Positions 1 through 9,617 of a stretch of 64,000 nt of DNA are shown here, piece after piece. The stretch is taken from assembly GCA_965240325.2 (NCBI GenBank), contig OZ251230.1, forward strand, positions 372,001 to 436,000, given 5' to 3'. The DNA is from Rebecca billardiae RCC1528. Taxonomy: Eukaryota > Protista > Haptophyta. Below the pieces are notes generated by a model that was not told where the DNA came from, did not search any database, and saw nothing but the letters and a program-made list of their open reading frames with translations. Position numbers and translations under genes: made by a program. Positions within the stretch are counted from its first letter, which is position 1, and every line of letters starts with the position of its first letter.

Positions 1-1
1 G

Positions 2-1241
2 CTCAAGACGTTCATCACCACGGCGGCGAAGATGATGTCGTCGGAGGAGACGATGCTGATGGCGTCGAAGGCGGCCGCCGACGAGGACGCGAACATCGGC
101 GCGATCCTCCTCGAGCAGCAGCTCGAGCTGATGGAGTCGATGGGCATCGAGCGCAAGTTTGGCTGCACCGTCATGTCGCCCGACGCGGTCCGCGCGATCT
201 ACCCCGACGACGAGGAGCTGCTGGGGCTGATCAACCAGTTCATGCAGACGTGCAACACGGCGGGGAAGCTCGCGTCGCAGCAGGCCATGTCGCGCGCCAA
301 GGCCGACCTCTCCCTCCGCCGCCTCCAGCCCGCCGCCACCCTCGTCTCGAGGGGCGACGTCCCGATCGCCCGGCTGGTCGAGGTGATGGAGCAGATCACC
401 ACGCACGTCGCGAGGAGCGAGGAGGTGAAGGCGGCGCTGATGGACGAGGTGAGGGCGGGCACGCCGGCGCAGGTGACGCTCGGCCGGTGGCAGCGCGAGT
501 TCCTCGAGCACTCCGGGCTGCAGCAGGACTTTGGCATGTCGCTGCTCAAGTCGGTGCCCGCGGCCGCGCAGAAGGCGAGCGCCGAGGGCAAGGGGCCGGA
601 CGGTGCGGAGGCGAAGGCGCTCAAGGCGCTCATCGCGATGAACGAGGCGATCACCGAGCTGGCGCGCGACGCGAGCATCGAGGCGCGCAAGCCGACCCTC
701 GCCGACATCGAGCGCCGCCGCTTCCGCCCGGCCAACGCCGACGGCGGCCCCGAGCTCCTCTCCGAGGGCGAGGTGCCGCGCGAGCTGCTGCTGCGCTTCT
801 GCTCCGAGGTGTACAAGGTGCTCATCTCGGACGAGTCCATCTCGCTGCTCGCCGACGCGAGCCCGGACAAGATGGGCGAGCTCTCGATCACGTGGCAGCG
901 CGAGTACCTCGAGCACGTGGGCATCGAGCAGGTGCGCGCGCGCGCGCGCGCGCGCGCGCGCTCGCCCGCGCGCCCGAGAGGCAGCGGCTGACTGTGAGCC
1001 GGCGCGCCGCCTCCTCGCGCCACCGCTGCGCGTCCGACAGGACCACGGCTGCCGCCAGCTCTCCGAAATCCCCAAGCACTACCAGAACGACCGCGATGTG
1101 ATGAAGGCCTTCCAGGCGTTCCAGACCGCCTGCATGATCGCCATGAAGAAGGCGATGATGGTGCGCGCCGAGCGCGAGCAGAAGAAGAAGGAGCAGGCGG
1201 CCGAGATGGCCGAGGAGACGAGCAAGGCCCCTGCCGCCTGA
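2..1241 (+). CDS. 5'-partial hypothetical protein with at least 3 internally repeated helical domains
   Basis: Frame open from window start. Exons 2-931 and 1041-1241; intron 932-1040 (GTGCGC...GACAG). Splicing restores the repeat motif WQREYLEHVGIEQ|DHGC, matching the earlier QQLELMESMGIERKFGC and WQREFLEHSGLQQDFGM. Confidence 0.75.
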
Positions 1242-2006
1242 CCGCACGCGTCACACGCCTTGCGTTTGTAGCGAGGGCGGTCCGCTGCGCCTGGCGGCAC
1301 TGCATGCTACATAGATATTTCACAGCGGCACACAGCGCGGCTGGCGCGCGACACTGATCATGGCGGCATCACGGAGCCGGAGCTGTTGGCCGCAGGCGCC
1401 GCTGCCGGGCGCGGGGCGGGCGGGTGCGGCACTGCGGCAGCGCCATCGGAGCGCTGCAGTGCCTGCACTTGTGCCGTGTGCGGCCCGTGGGCGTGAGCCC
1501 GTCGGGTCGGGCCTGCTGGCCTGGCATGTACAGCTCGTCATTCGATATCTCTAGCCGATCAAGTGGCATATCAAAATGCTCTGCCTTCTGTCTACTTCTG
1601 CCGCTAAATGGCTAATAAGCTTGACTATGACAAGGATAGCTGCTCACTCTGATAGCTGTGACGGTTGCCCCGCTCAGTCTGAGCTGTCGTTGGGCTTGTA
1701 TGCTGTCGGCAATGGCATACCCCCGCCCCCTCTGGAGGCGGGCTGTCCACAGCGGAGTGGCGGTGTCAAGGCACTTGGTGTATCGGTCAGTGGTTTGAGG
1801 TTGGGTGAGGGTGGTGGTTGGTTGGGGGCTGGCCAGGGTAGGGCTGGAGGCTTCGGCCGCCAGTCTGATCACCCGGAGCCCGTTATTATAAAGGGGAATT
1901 TTAAATGTCTCAGTCGATCCGGATTGATCGATGATGGCGGTGTGATCGCACGGCCAACCGGCATTCCGGCAACCTGTAATGATGGCGGCGCAGGAATGAG
2001 GTCTTC

Positions 2007-3053
2007 ATGAGCCGCCAGTCGCTGCTCGAGCTCGTGACGTGCGCGCTGCTCCTTCTTCGCTTCGGTGTGCTCGGTGTGGGGCTAGACCAGGCTGACACTA
2101 GCTGGTCGCGCAAGGTGCGGCCCTCGTGCGGCTCGGGCTGGACGCACAGCCACGCGATGTGTGAGGGCGTAGCCGACCTCGTCGTAGACGACGCCTTCTC
2201 GACGGCGCACGGCATGCGCCACCGGGCGTCCGAGTCGCAGGGTCCGCTGATGCAGGCGCTGCAGAAGGGCCCTCGGCGCCTGCGCGAGCGGCTGTGTGAC
2301 GTGTGCATCGCGTGGGCCGAGCTGGAGCGCACGATCGCGCCGTCGCTGGGCAGCAGCACACACTCGACGTCGATGCAGGCCCGGCGCCAGACGAAGATCT
2401 CCGGGGGCATCTACCTGTACCCGGAGCAAGTGGCGTTCGTGCTACTGCATCTGGACGCCCTCGCCGAGGCTCGCAAGCCCAAGCCCCTCACCATCTGCGA
2501 GACGGGCTTCAACGCGGGCCATTCGGCGGCGCTCTTCCTGACGGCGAGTCCGCACACGCGGGTCAGGTCCTTTGACCGGATGAATCGGCCGTACCAGGAG
2601 GTGGCGGAGCGCAAGCTGCGCGAGATCTTCGGAGCGGAGCGACTCCGCGTCTACCCGGGCGATTCGAACCGCACGGTGCCCGCGTACACGCGGCACATCG
2701 GCCTGCCAGGTGCAGACCGGTGCGACATGGCGCACCCGTCGGTGCCGGGGCGGGAGCAGGTGGACCTGCTCAGCCTGCGCGCCGCCTCGGCGGAGCGCGC
2801 GCTGGTGATGCCCACCGCGCTCGACGCGCAGAGCGTCCTGTACGGCCGCGGCTCCATCTGGACCCGCGCCGTCATGCGCGGCGTCGTGTGCAACTCGACG
2901 TGCCACAGTGCGCACGCGGGCGCACACCTGACGCTGAGCAACGACCTCGTGTTTGCGCACGCGGGCGCACACGTTGCGCACATCTTCTGCGCCGCGCACT
3001 ACTGCCCTTCCCGTGCACGCCAAGGGGGGCGAAGGCTCGCGAGATACTCGTAG
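2007..3053 (+). CDS. Class I SAM-dependent methyltransferase (Methyltransf_24-like) with N-terminal signal/anchor
   Basis: Motif ICETGFNAGHSAALFL, then VRSFD and VYPGDS; hydrophobic N-terminus LVTCALLLLRFGVLGVGL. Confidence 0.75.
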   Translation: MSRQSLLELVTCALLLLRFGVLGVGLDQADTSWSRKVRPSCGSGWTHSHAMCEGVADLVVDDAFSTAHGMRHRASESQGPLMQALQKGPRRLRERLCDVCIAWAELERTIAPSLGSSTHSTSMQARRQTKISGGIYLYPEQVAFVLLHLDALAEARKPKPLTICETGFNAGHSAALFLTASPHTRVRSFDRMNRPYQEVAERKLREIFGAERLRVYPGDSNRTVPAYTRHIGLPGADRCDMAHPSVPGREQVDLLSLRAASAERALVMPTALDAQSVLYGRGSIWTRAVMRGVVCNSTCHSAHAGAHLTLSNDLVFAHAGAHVAHIFCAAHYCPSRARQGGRRLARYS

Positions 3054-3241
3054 TCATCCGTCACAGGCTATGGCCCGCCCGTGCTGCTTGCTTCACACTC
3101 AAGCGTCGCGGACTCGCGGTGAGTCGTCCGTCTGTCGTGCTGCGTGCACTCGTGCGAAGACTCGTCACCAAAATAATAAAAGCGCAACAGCAATAAAAGG
3201 ATTAAAAGCGCGCACGCAGCGGTCGCCATATTCGTTGCAGC

Positions 3242-4534
3242 ATGGCGAGCCGTTGGCGCGTCTCGATCTTCTTGCTCGCGGGTCTGGTCACACCCTCCCG
3301 CGAGGCGCATGCGCATTCGCCCCTGCCGTGGTTCCGCCTTGCGTCCCTCGGCAGCGAGATGTACGCCCTCCATGTCCTGTCCACCCGCTTCTCGCTCAAC
3401 CAGGGCGACCAGCTGCACCTCAGCGAGGCGCGGCTCCGGCTCTTCGAGGCGGTATGCCTGCCGTCCATTGCTGCGCAGAAGTCCGGCGGGTTCGTCTGGC
3501 TGATTTACACGGACGAGACGCTGCCGATGAGCATGTACACCAAGCTCCGCGCCCTGGTGAGGCCGTGGCCCTCGTTCCACATCCTGCGCATCTCGTCGAG
3601 CGCGGATCAGGTGGGCGAGCTGAAGCGCTCGCCGCGCGAGGCGCTCGAGGCGGCGAAGCTGTGGACGCCTCCGCCGCCGAGCGCGAAGCGGCTCGCGCTC
3701 CTCTCGACGCGACTCGACGCGGACGACGGCCTCGCGCTCGGCACGATCGCCATGCTCCAGGCGCGCGCGGAGCAGCACCTCGCCATGCGCGGCATGCAGA
3801 GCCAGGCGCAGCGGTGCACGGCCGTGTGCTGGCCGACGTCGCTCGAGTGGCAGCCCGGGGCGACGACGACCGGGCTGGGGCAGTTCGTGCGCGGCCGGCC
3901 GACGCACTCGAAGGGCAAGATCGAGTGCCTCTCCACGGGCCTCACCACCTTCGGCTGGGCGGAGTCGCAGTGCTCCGCGCACATGGGCGACCACCGCGAG
4001 ATGGACGGCACCGCGTACCACGTGATCCACCTCTCGCAGTGGATGCCGATCCGCGCGCGCTCGGTCACGTCCAACTCGATGGCGGGCGTGCGCGCCGCGC
4101 GGCCGCACGCCGCGCCCGCCGCGGCCGCGAAGATGAGCAAGTACAACATCTCGACGCGGCAGCTCGAGCGGTGTGCGCAGCTGCTGCGCGAGCGCGCACC
4201 GCTGATCGCGCGCGACCAGCTCAAGGCGCGCTGCCGCCGAGGCTTCAGCTGCAGCTCGCAGGCGGAGAGCATGCTCAAGAGGCTCGCGGCCGGGCGTAAG
4301 AAGGCCGCGACGCGGCCGCCCGACAAGCCGCCGCCGCCGCCGGCGGCGGACAAGGCCAGCATGCCCGCGTCGCTCGCCGCAGCGATCAAGCAGGAAGAGG
4401 CGACTCGCCGCGCCCGCCGCGAGCATCGGCTGGCGGGCGCGCGCGCCCTCAGCGGAGTGGCAGCTGCTGTGTCACACGATGGTGACGATGGCGGCGTCGC
4501 CTCATCGGGCGTCATAGCACCAGTAGTCATCTAG
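3242..4534 (+). CDS. Putative rhamnosyltransferase-family (GT-A-like) protein with signal peptide
   Basis: Motifs STRFSL...RLRLFEAVCLPSIAAQ...FVWLIYTD..LP and TRLDADDGL; N-terminal signal peptide. Confidence 0.7.
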   Translation: MASRWRVSIFLLAGLVTPSREAHAHSPLPWFRLASLGSEMYALHVLSTRFSLNQGDQLHLSEARLRLFEAVCLPSIAAQKSGGFVWLIYTDETLPMSMYTKLRALVRPWPSFHILRISSSADQVGELKRSPREALEAAKLWTPPPPSAKRLALLSTRLDADDGLALGTIAMLQARAEQHLAMRGMQSQAQRCTAVCWPTSLEWQPGATTTGLGQFVRGRPTHSKGKIECLSTGLTTFGWAESQCSAHMGDHREMDGTAYHVIHLSQWMPIRARSVTSNSMAGVRAARPHAAPAAAAKMSKYNISTRQLERCAQLLRERAPLIARDQLKARCRRGFSCSSQAESMLKRLAAGRKKAATRPPDKPPPPPAADKASMPASLAAAIKQEEATRRARREHRLAGARALSGVAAAVSHDGDDGGVASSGVIAPVVI

Positions 4535-4625
4535 CGCAGTCATCCGAGTCGACTGCCGCCGAGGCAGTAGTCACATATGTCATGATCCCATGACCCGCGC
4601 CTAATAATTAGCGGCGCAGGCTATA

Positions 4626-6773
4626 CACAGTGAACAAAAACGGGATTATCGTCACCGTAACCTGTCCGACACGAGCCGATTTTCGGGGAAATTCTCGCGC
4701 GGGCCGCACGAGCGCACAGAGGACGCTACGGTGGTCGCGCAGGCGCCTGGTGAGTGCCCAGGGCATGGGACTGCAACATCCCAGCCAGCCTCCCCATCTC
4801 TCCGCCCCTCTCTGCCTCGCCGGGTTGCACGCGGCTGGCCTGTCACGTAGCTCGTGAGCAGCCATTCGTGAGCGTGGAGCCCTGCTGCTCAGTGCGGCGA
4901 TGCGGCGAGGCGAAGCGGCACGTACGATGGCGCATCTTACTCCAAAGGCAGTCTGCTGTAAGCACAGCCGCCCTCGCCGGAGTGCCTGGTCGTCACCTTC
5001 GTCGTGTGCACCTGTTGCGCGCCGCCGTCCACAAGCCGTTTGCGCAGGCCTCCCGGGAGCCATTCAAGCACGCTCGTCCTCGACGAGGCGTGCGCGAGGC
5101 ACCGCGCGAGCGCGGGAACGGCCCTTCTTAGCATACTCCTGCACGGCCATCCACCTCGCCACAGCCTGCCATGTCACACTCCTCCCCGCATCAGTGCCCG
5201 CGTGCCGCGTGCGAGGCCGGCCCAACCCCAGGCAGAAGGGTGCACAGATATTTTCGACTGCGAGGAGACGGCGGCGAGCACAGGCGCGCGGCGCCGTCCC
5301 GCGCTTCATTGGGATGTTCTAGACCAGTCGCGCGCCCGCGGCACCGCGCCCGCCCTCTCCGCGTCGCGTGCCACTCAACGCCGCGCGCGCCCTCTCGGGC
5401 GATGCGAGTCTCGCCATCGACGGCGATCTTGCGGCTGATTCGTACCCGCATGTATTCAACAAATACGACAAATCGCCGAGCTGAACGCACCTCGTCGCGC
5501 GATGGCATGGTCGCGCTGTGTGACGTCGCTCGCCGCAGGAAATTCGGTACGCGACGAGAGCACGGCGCACGCGCACGGCGCGGCGTGGGAGGTGGGGCGG
5601 TGGTGTCCTCGAGCCATCCCGCCCGCGCCGCGGTGCGCCAGCCGCCACCTCGCCGCGCCGTGGCCCATGCCGCGCGGCAGGTGTCGACCAGACCGACCTT
5701 GCCGCCCAACAGAGGGCCGCCACGGAAATTCTGTATTTGTTGAATACAGACTTACCCACGTGCCCGCGATGCGGCGGCGCTCGCGGCGGCGGCGTGGCGC
5801 GGCGGCGGCGGCGCGGGCAGCCTGACGGGCCAGATAGGGCGCGCCAGGTCGGGGCGATCGTGATGGGATGGTTCCATACGCATCAGTGCGTGCTCCTGTG
5901 CATCTCAAGAGCGCGCTGGGCGCCCTCTCTCGCGCCTATGCCCATCCCACGCGGTCTGAGAAGCCTCCCGGTTTGGCCATTGTCGTGCCGTGCTCGGTCG
6001 TGGCTGCCCGGCGGGTCGGAGAGGTCGAGGCGAGCCGGGTCGTTCGCGACGGACGATGCCTATGGGTCATGGCGAGTGCCAGCACGCAGCTCGGGCGCGC
6101 GCCCGGCGCCTCCTCGCCGCGCTACATCCACACCAAGATCTGGCCCAAAAACAGGCTTCAAGAGCGAAAGTCAGTCTGGGAGCTGCTCAGGCCGCTGTGT
6201 GCGGTTTGGCGTACCGCAAACTTGTGGAGCGGGTGCCCACATGGGTTGAGCACAATGCTACAGAGCGTTTTTCCGCGAAACACCACTTCCTCGCCTCTCC
6301 GCGCGCGTGCCGCGCGGCTACCGTGAAGTCATCTTAACAGGTCAAGTGTGGCCGCCCGTGGGGCGAGGGTGGGCGAGGAGGGGCGGGCGAGGGTGACGCC
6401 GCCCCGGGGAACCGCCTTGGCAAGCCGGCCGACGCCTCGCAGCCCCCCTCGCGGCAGTCATGCGCGCACGCCCGCCGCTCGGAGCGCGCCATCGATTCGA
6501 ATGGGCGTGCGCACGAACGACCATGCTCAGCCGGCTTCGGCCCGATCTTTCTCCACTGTGCGCGGCGCGAAGTGCCGCGAACGGGGCATGAAAAAAATTC
6601 CAGCGCATCCCCACTGGGCGGAGCTGCGGACAAATTCTATGATTTAAAGACACAGGCACGAGGGCGCAGCTCTCCTGATTCGTCTGTCGAAGTACTGAAT
6701 GGAGTTAATGGAGGATGTCGCGGAGCGCGTTGGACAGGTTACGGTGACGGCTAAAATCGAATTGTTTACTGTG
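4626..6773. mobile_element. Non-autonomous DNA transposon-like element, 2148 bp, with 42-bp bipartite TIRs, flanked by TA
   Basis: Left 4626-4667 CACAGTGAACAA-AAACGGGATTAT-CGTCACCGTAACCTGTCC; right 6732-6773 reverse-complemented CACAGTAAACAA-TTCGATTTTAGC-CGTCACCGTAACCTGTCC. TA at 4624-4625 and 6774-6775. No transposase ORF recognised inside. Confidence 0.75.
5451..5748. repeat. Perfect 16-bp inverted repeat pair inside the TIR element
   Basis: TGTATTCAACAAATAC at 5451-5466 and GTATTTGTTGAATACA at 5733-5748. Confidence 0.8.
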
Positions 6774-6860
6774 TAATATAATAACCCGTTGCTCGGCGCT
6801 AGTGCTCATCGCCAACGGTCCCCAAGTAGCCCAAGGCCCAAGCTTGGCAGTAGAGTCGTC

Positions 6861-9500
6861 TCATCGTGAGTCATCGGAAGGCTTGTGCACAACGCACCGG
6901 CCGCGGCGGCAGCGCACATTGCCAGGCATGCCGAATGACGGCTGCTGGTCGCAGCCGGCCTCGTCGCACGTGCGCTTCGCCACGTTGACCATGCCTGCCA
7001 GCTTGTGCGCGGCGCACCGGCTGCGGCGCACATCGCCCGGCATACCGAACGACGGCAGCTTGTCGCAGCCCGCCTCGTCGCACGTGCGGTCCCTCACGTT
7101 AACCATGCCTGCCAGCTTGTGCACAGCGCACCGGCTGCCGCGCGCATCGCCCGGCATGCCGAACGACGGCACCTTGTTGCAGCCCGCCTCGTCGCACGTG
7201 CGGTCCCTCACGTTGACCATGCCTGCCAGCTTGTGCACAGCGCACCGGCTGCCGCGCGCATCGCCCGGCATGCCGAACGACGGCAGCTTGTCGCAGCCCG
7301 CCTCGTCGCACGTGCGGTCCCTCACGTTAACCATGCCTGCCAGCTTGTGCACAGCGCACCGGCTGCCGCGCGCATCGCCCGGCATGCCGAACGAAGGCCG
7401 CTTGTCGCAGCCCGCTTCGCCGCATGTGCTGTGCCTCACGTTAACCATGCCTGCCAGCTTGTGCACAGCGCACCGGCTGCCGCGCGCATCGCCCGGCATG
7501 CCGAACGAAGGCACCTTGTCGCAGCCCGCTTCGCCGCATGTGCTGTGCCTCACGTTAACCATGCCTGCCAGCTTGTGCACAGCGCACCGGCTGCCGCGCG
7601 CATCGCCCGGCATGCCGAACGAAGGCACCTTGTCGCAGCCCGCTTCGCCGCATGTGCTGTGCCTCACGTTAACCATGCCTGCCAGCTTGTGCACAGCGCA
7701 CCGGCTGCCGCGCGCATCGCCCGGCATGCCGAACGAAGGCCGCTTGTCGCAGCCCGCTTCGCCGCATGTGCTGTGCCTCACGTTAACCATGCCTGCCAGC
7801 TTGTGCACAGCGCACCGGCTGCCGCGCGCATCGCCCGGCATGCCGAACGACGGCAGCTTGTTGCAGCCCGCCTCGTCGCACGTGCGGTCCCTCACGTTGA
7901 CCATGCCTGCCAGCTTGTGCACAGCGCACCGGCTGCCGCGCGCATCGCCCGGCATGCCGAACGACGGCACCTTGTCGCAGCCCGCTTCGCCGCATGTGCT
8001 GTGCCTCACGTTAACCATGCCTGCCAGCTTGTGCACAGCGCACCGGCTGCCGCGCGCATCGCCCGGCATGCCGAACGACGGCACCTTGTCGCAGCCCGCT
8101 TCGCCGCATGTGCTGTGCCTCACGTTGACCATGCCTGCCAGCTTGTGCACAGCGCACCGGCTGCCGCGCGCATCGCCCGGCATGCCGAACGACGGCAGCT
8201 TGTCGCAGCCCGCCTCGTCGCACGTGCGGTCCCTCACGTTAACCATGCCTGCCAGCTTGTGCACAGCGCACCGGCTGCCGCGCGCATCGCCCGGCATGCC
8301 GAACGAAGGCCGCTTGTCGCAGCCCGCTTCGCCGCATGTGCTGTGCCTCACGTTAACCATGCCTGCCAGCTTGTGCACAGCGCACCGGCTGCCGCGCGCA
8401 TCGCCCGGCATGCCGAACGAAGGCCGCTTGTCGCAGCCCGCTTCGCCGCATGTGCTGTGCCTCACGTTAACCATGCCTGCCAGCTTGTGCACAGCGCACC
8501 GGCTGCCGCGCGCATCGCCCGGCATGCCGAACGAAGGCCGCTTGTCGCAGCCCGCTTCGCCGCATGTGCTGTGCCTCACGTTAACCATGCCTGCCAGCTT
8601 GTGCACAGCGCACCGGCTGCCGCGCGCATCGCCCGGCATGCCGAACGACGGCAGCTTGTTGCAGCCCGCCTCGTCGCACGTGCGGTCCCTCACGTTGACC
8701 ATGCCTGCCAGCTTGTGCACAGCGCACCGGCTGCCGCGCGCATCGCCCGGCATGCCGAACGACGGCACCTTGTCGCAGCCCGCTTCGCCGCATGTGCTGT
8801 GCCTCACGTTAACCATGCCTGCCAGCTTGTGCACAGCGCACCGGCTGCCGCGCGCATCGCCCGGCATGCCGAACGACGGCACCTTGTCGCAGCCCGCTTC
8901 GCCGCATGTGCTGTGCCTCACGTTAACCATGCCTGCCAGCTTGTGCACAGCGCACCGGCTGCCGCGCGCATCGCCCGGCATGCCGAATGACGGCAGCTTG
9001 TCGCAGCCCGCCTCGTCGCACGTGCGGTCCCTCACGTTGACCATGCCTGCCAGCTTGTGCACAGCGCACCGGGTGCGGCGCGCATCGCCCGGCATGCCGA
9101 ACGAAGGCCGCTGGTCGCAGCCCGCTTCGTCGCATGTGCCGTGCCTCACGTTGACCATGCCAGCCAGCTTGTGCACAGCGCACCGGCTGCCGCGCGCATC
9201 GCCCGGCATGCCGAACGACGGCAGCTTGTCACAGCCCTCATCGTCGCATGTGCGATTCGTTACGTGCACCATGCCAGACAGCTTGTGCGCGGCGCACCGA
9301 CTGGGCCGTGCAGAACTCGACACGCTGAATCTCGCCGGCCGCTCGCAGTCGGCATCATCGCACGTGCTTCTGAACATGTTGACCATGCCATGCAGTTGGT
9401 GAGCCGCGCACCGACTGGGGCGCGCGTCACCTAGCATACCGAATGATGGCCGCTTGTCACAGTCGGCCTCGTCGCACGCGCAGCTCCTCATCTCGGCCAT
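6861..9500 (-). CDS. EsV-1-7 cysteine-rich repeat protein (23 x 38-aa C-x4-C...C-x2-H repeats)
   Basis: 879-aa intronless ORF made almost wholly of CxEAGCxKxPSFGMPGDARGSRCAVHKLAGMVNV units, the EsV-1-7 motif pattern. Confidence 0.85.
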   Translation of the reverse strand: MAEMRSCACDEADCDKRPSFGMLGDARPSRCAAHQLHGMVNMFRSTCDDADCERPARFSVSSSARPSRCAAHKLSGMVHVTNRTCDDEGCDKLPSFGMPGDARGSRCAVHKLAGMVNVRHGTCDEAGCDQRPSFGMPGDARRTRCAVHKLAGMVNVRDRTCDEAGCDKLPSFGMPGDARGSRCAVHKLAGMVNVRHSTCGEAGCDKVPSFGMPGDARGSRCAVHKLAGMVNVRHSTCGEAGCDKVPSFGMPGDARGSRCAVHKLAGMVNVRDRTCDEAGCNKLPSFGMPGDARGSRCAVHKLAGMVNVRHSTCGEAGCDKRPSFGMPGDARGSRCAVHKLAGMVNVRHSTCGEAGCDKRPSFGMPGDARGSRCAVHKLAGMVNVRHSTCGEAGCDKRPSFGMPGDARGSRCAVHKLAGMVNVRDRTCDEAGCDKLPSFGMPGDARGSRCAVHKLAGMVNVRHSTCGEAGCDKVPSFGMPGDARGSRCAVHKLAGMVNVRHSTCGEAGCDKVPSFGMPGDARGSRCAVHKLAGMVNVRDRTCDEAGCNKLPSFGMPGDARGSRCAVHKLAGMVNVRHSTCGEAGCDKRPSFGMPGDARGSRCAVHKLAGMVNVRHSTCGEAGCDKVPSFGMPGDARGSRCAVHKLAGMVNVRHSTCGEAGCDKVPSFGMPGDARGSRCAVHKLAGMVNVRHSTCGEAGCDKRPSFGMPGDARGSRCAVHKLAGMVNVRDRTCDEAGCDKLPSFGMPGDARGSRCAVHKLAGMVNVRDRTCDEAGCNKVPSFGMPGDARGSRCAVHKLAGMVNVRDRTCDEAGCDKLPSFGMPGDVRRSRCAAHKLAGMVNVAKRTCDEAGCDQQPSFGMPGNVRCRRGRCVVHKPSDDSR
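6880..9480. repeat. Coding minisatellite, 114-bp unit x ~23
   Basis: Near-identical 114-nt tandem units; terminal units (1-4, 22-23) are more diverged than central ones. Confidence 0.95.
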
Positions 9501-9617
9501 TCCACAGCACCGCGTGGGCAGCGTGGGCCTCGGGCGAGGCGGCGGGCCGCTTCACGCCCGGATCCCGGCATCGGTCCCGCACATTGCCGGGGACTGCCCA
9601 GGCCGGACTGTCCCAGG

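Noticed and set aside
4619-6780. Assignment of the TIR element to Transib/ProtoRAG
   Set aside because: No 5-bp TSD, no 12/23 spacing between heptamer and nonamer-like motifs, and no RAG1-like ORF; kept only as an unclassified element.
6802-9402. 866-aa and 661-aa plus-strand ORFs over the 114-bp array
   Set aside because: Antisense shadows of a stop-free repeat unit; the minus frame carries the recognisable Cys/His motif.
6880-9480. CRISPR-like array
   Set aside because: Contiguous coding units with no unique spacers, eukaryotic context, no cas genes.
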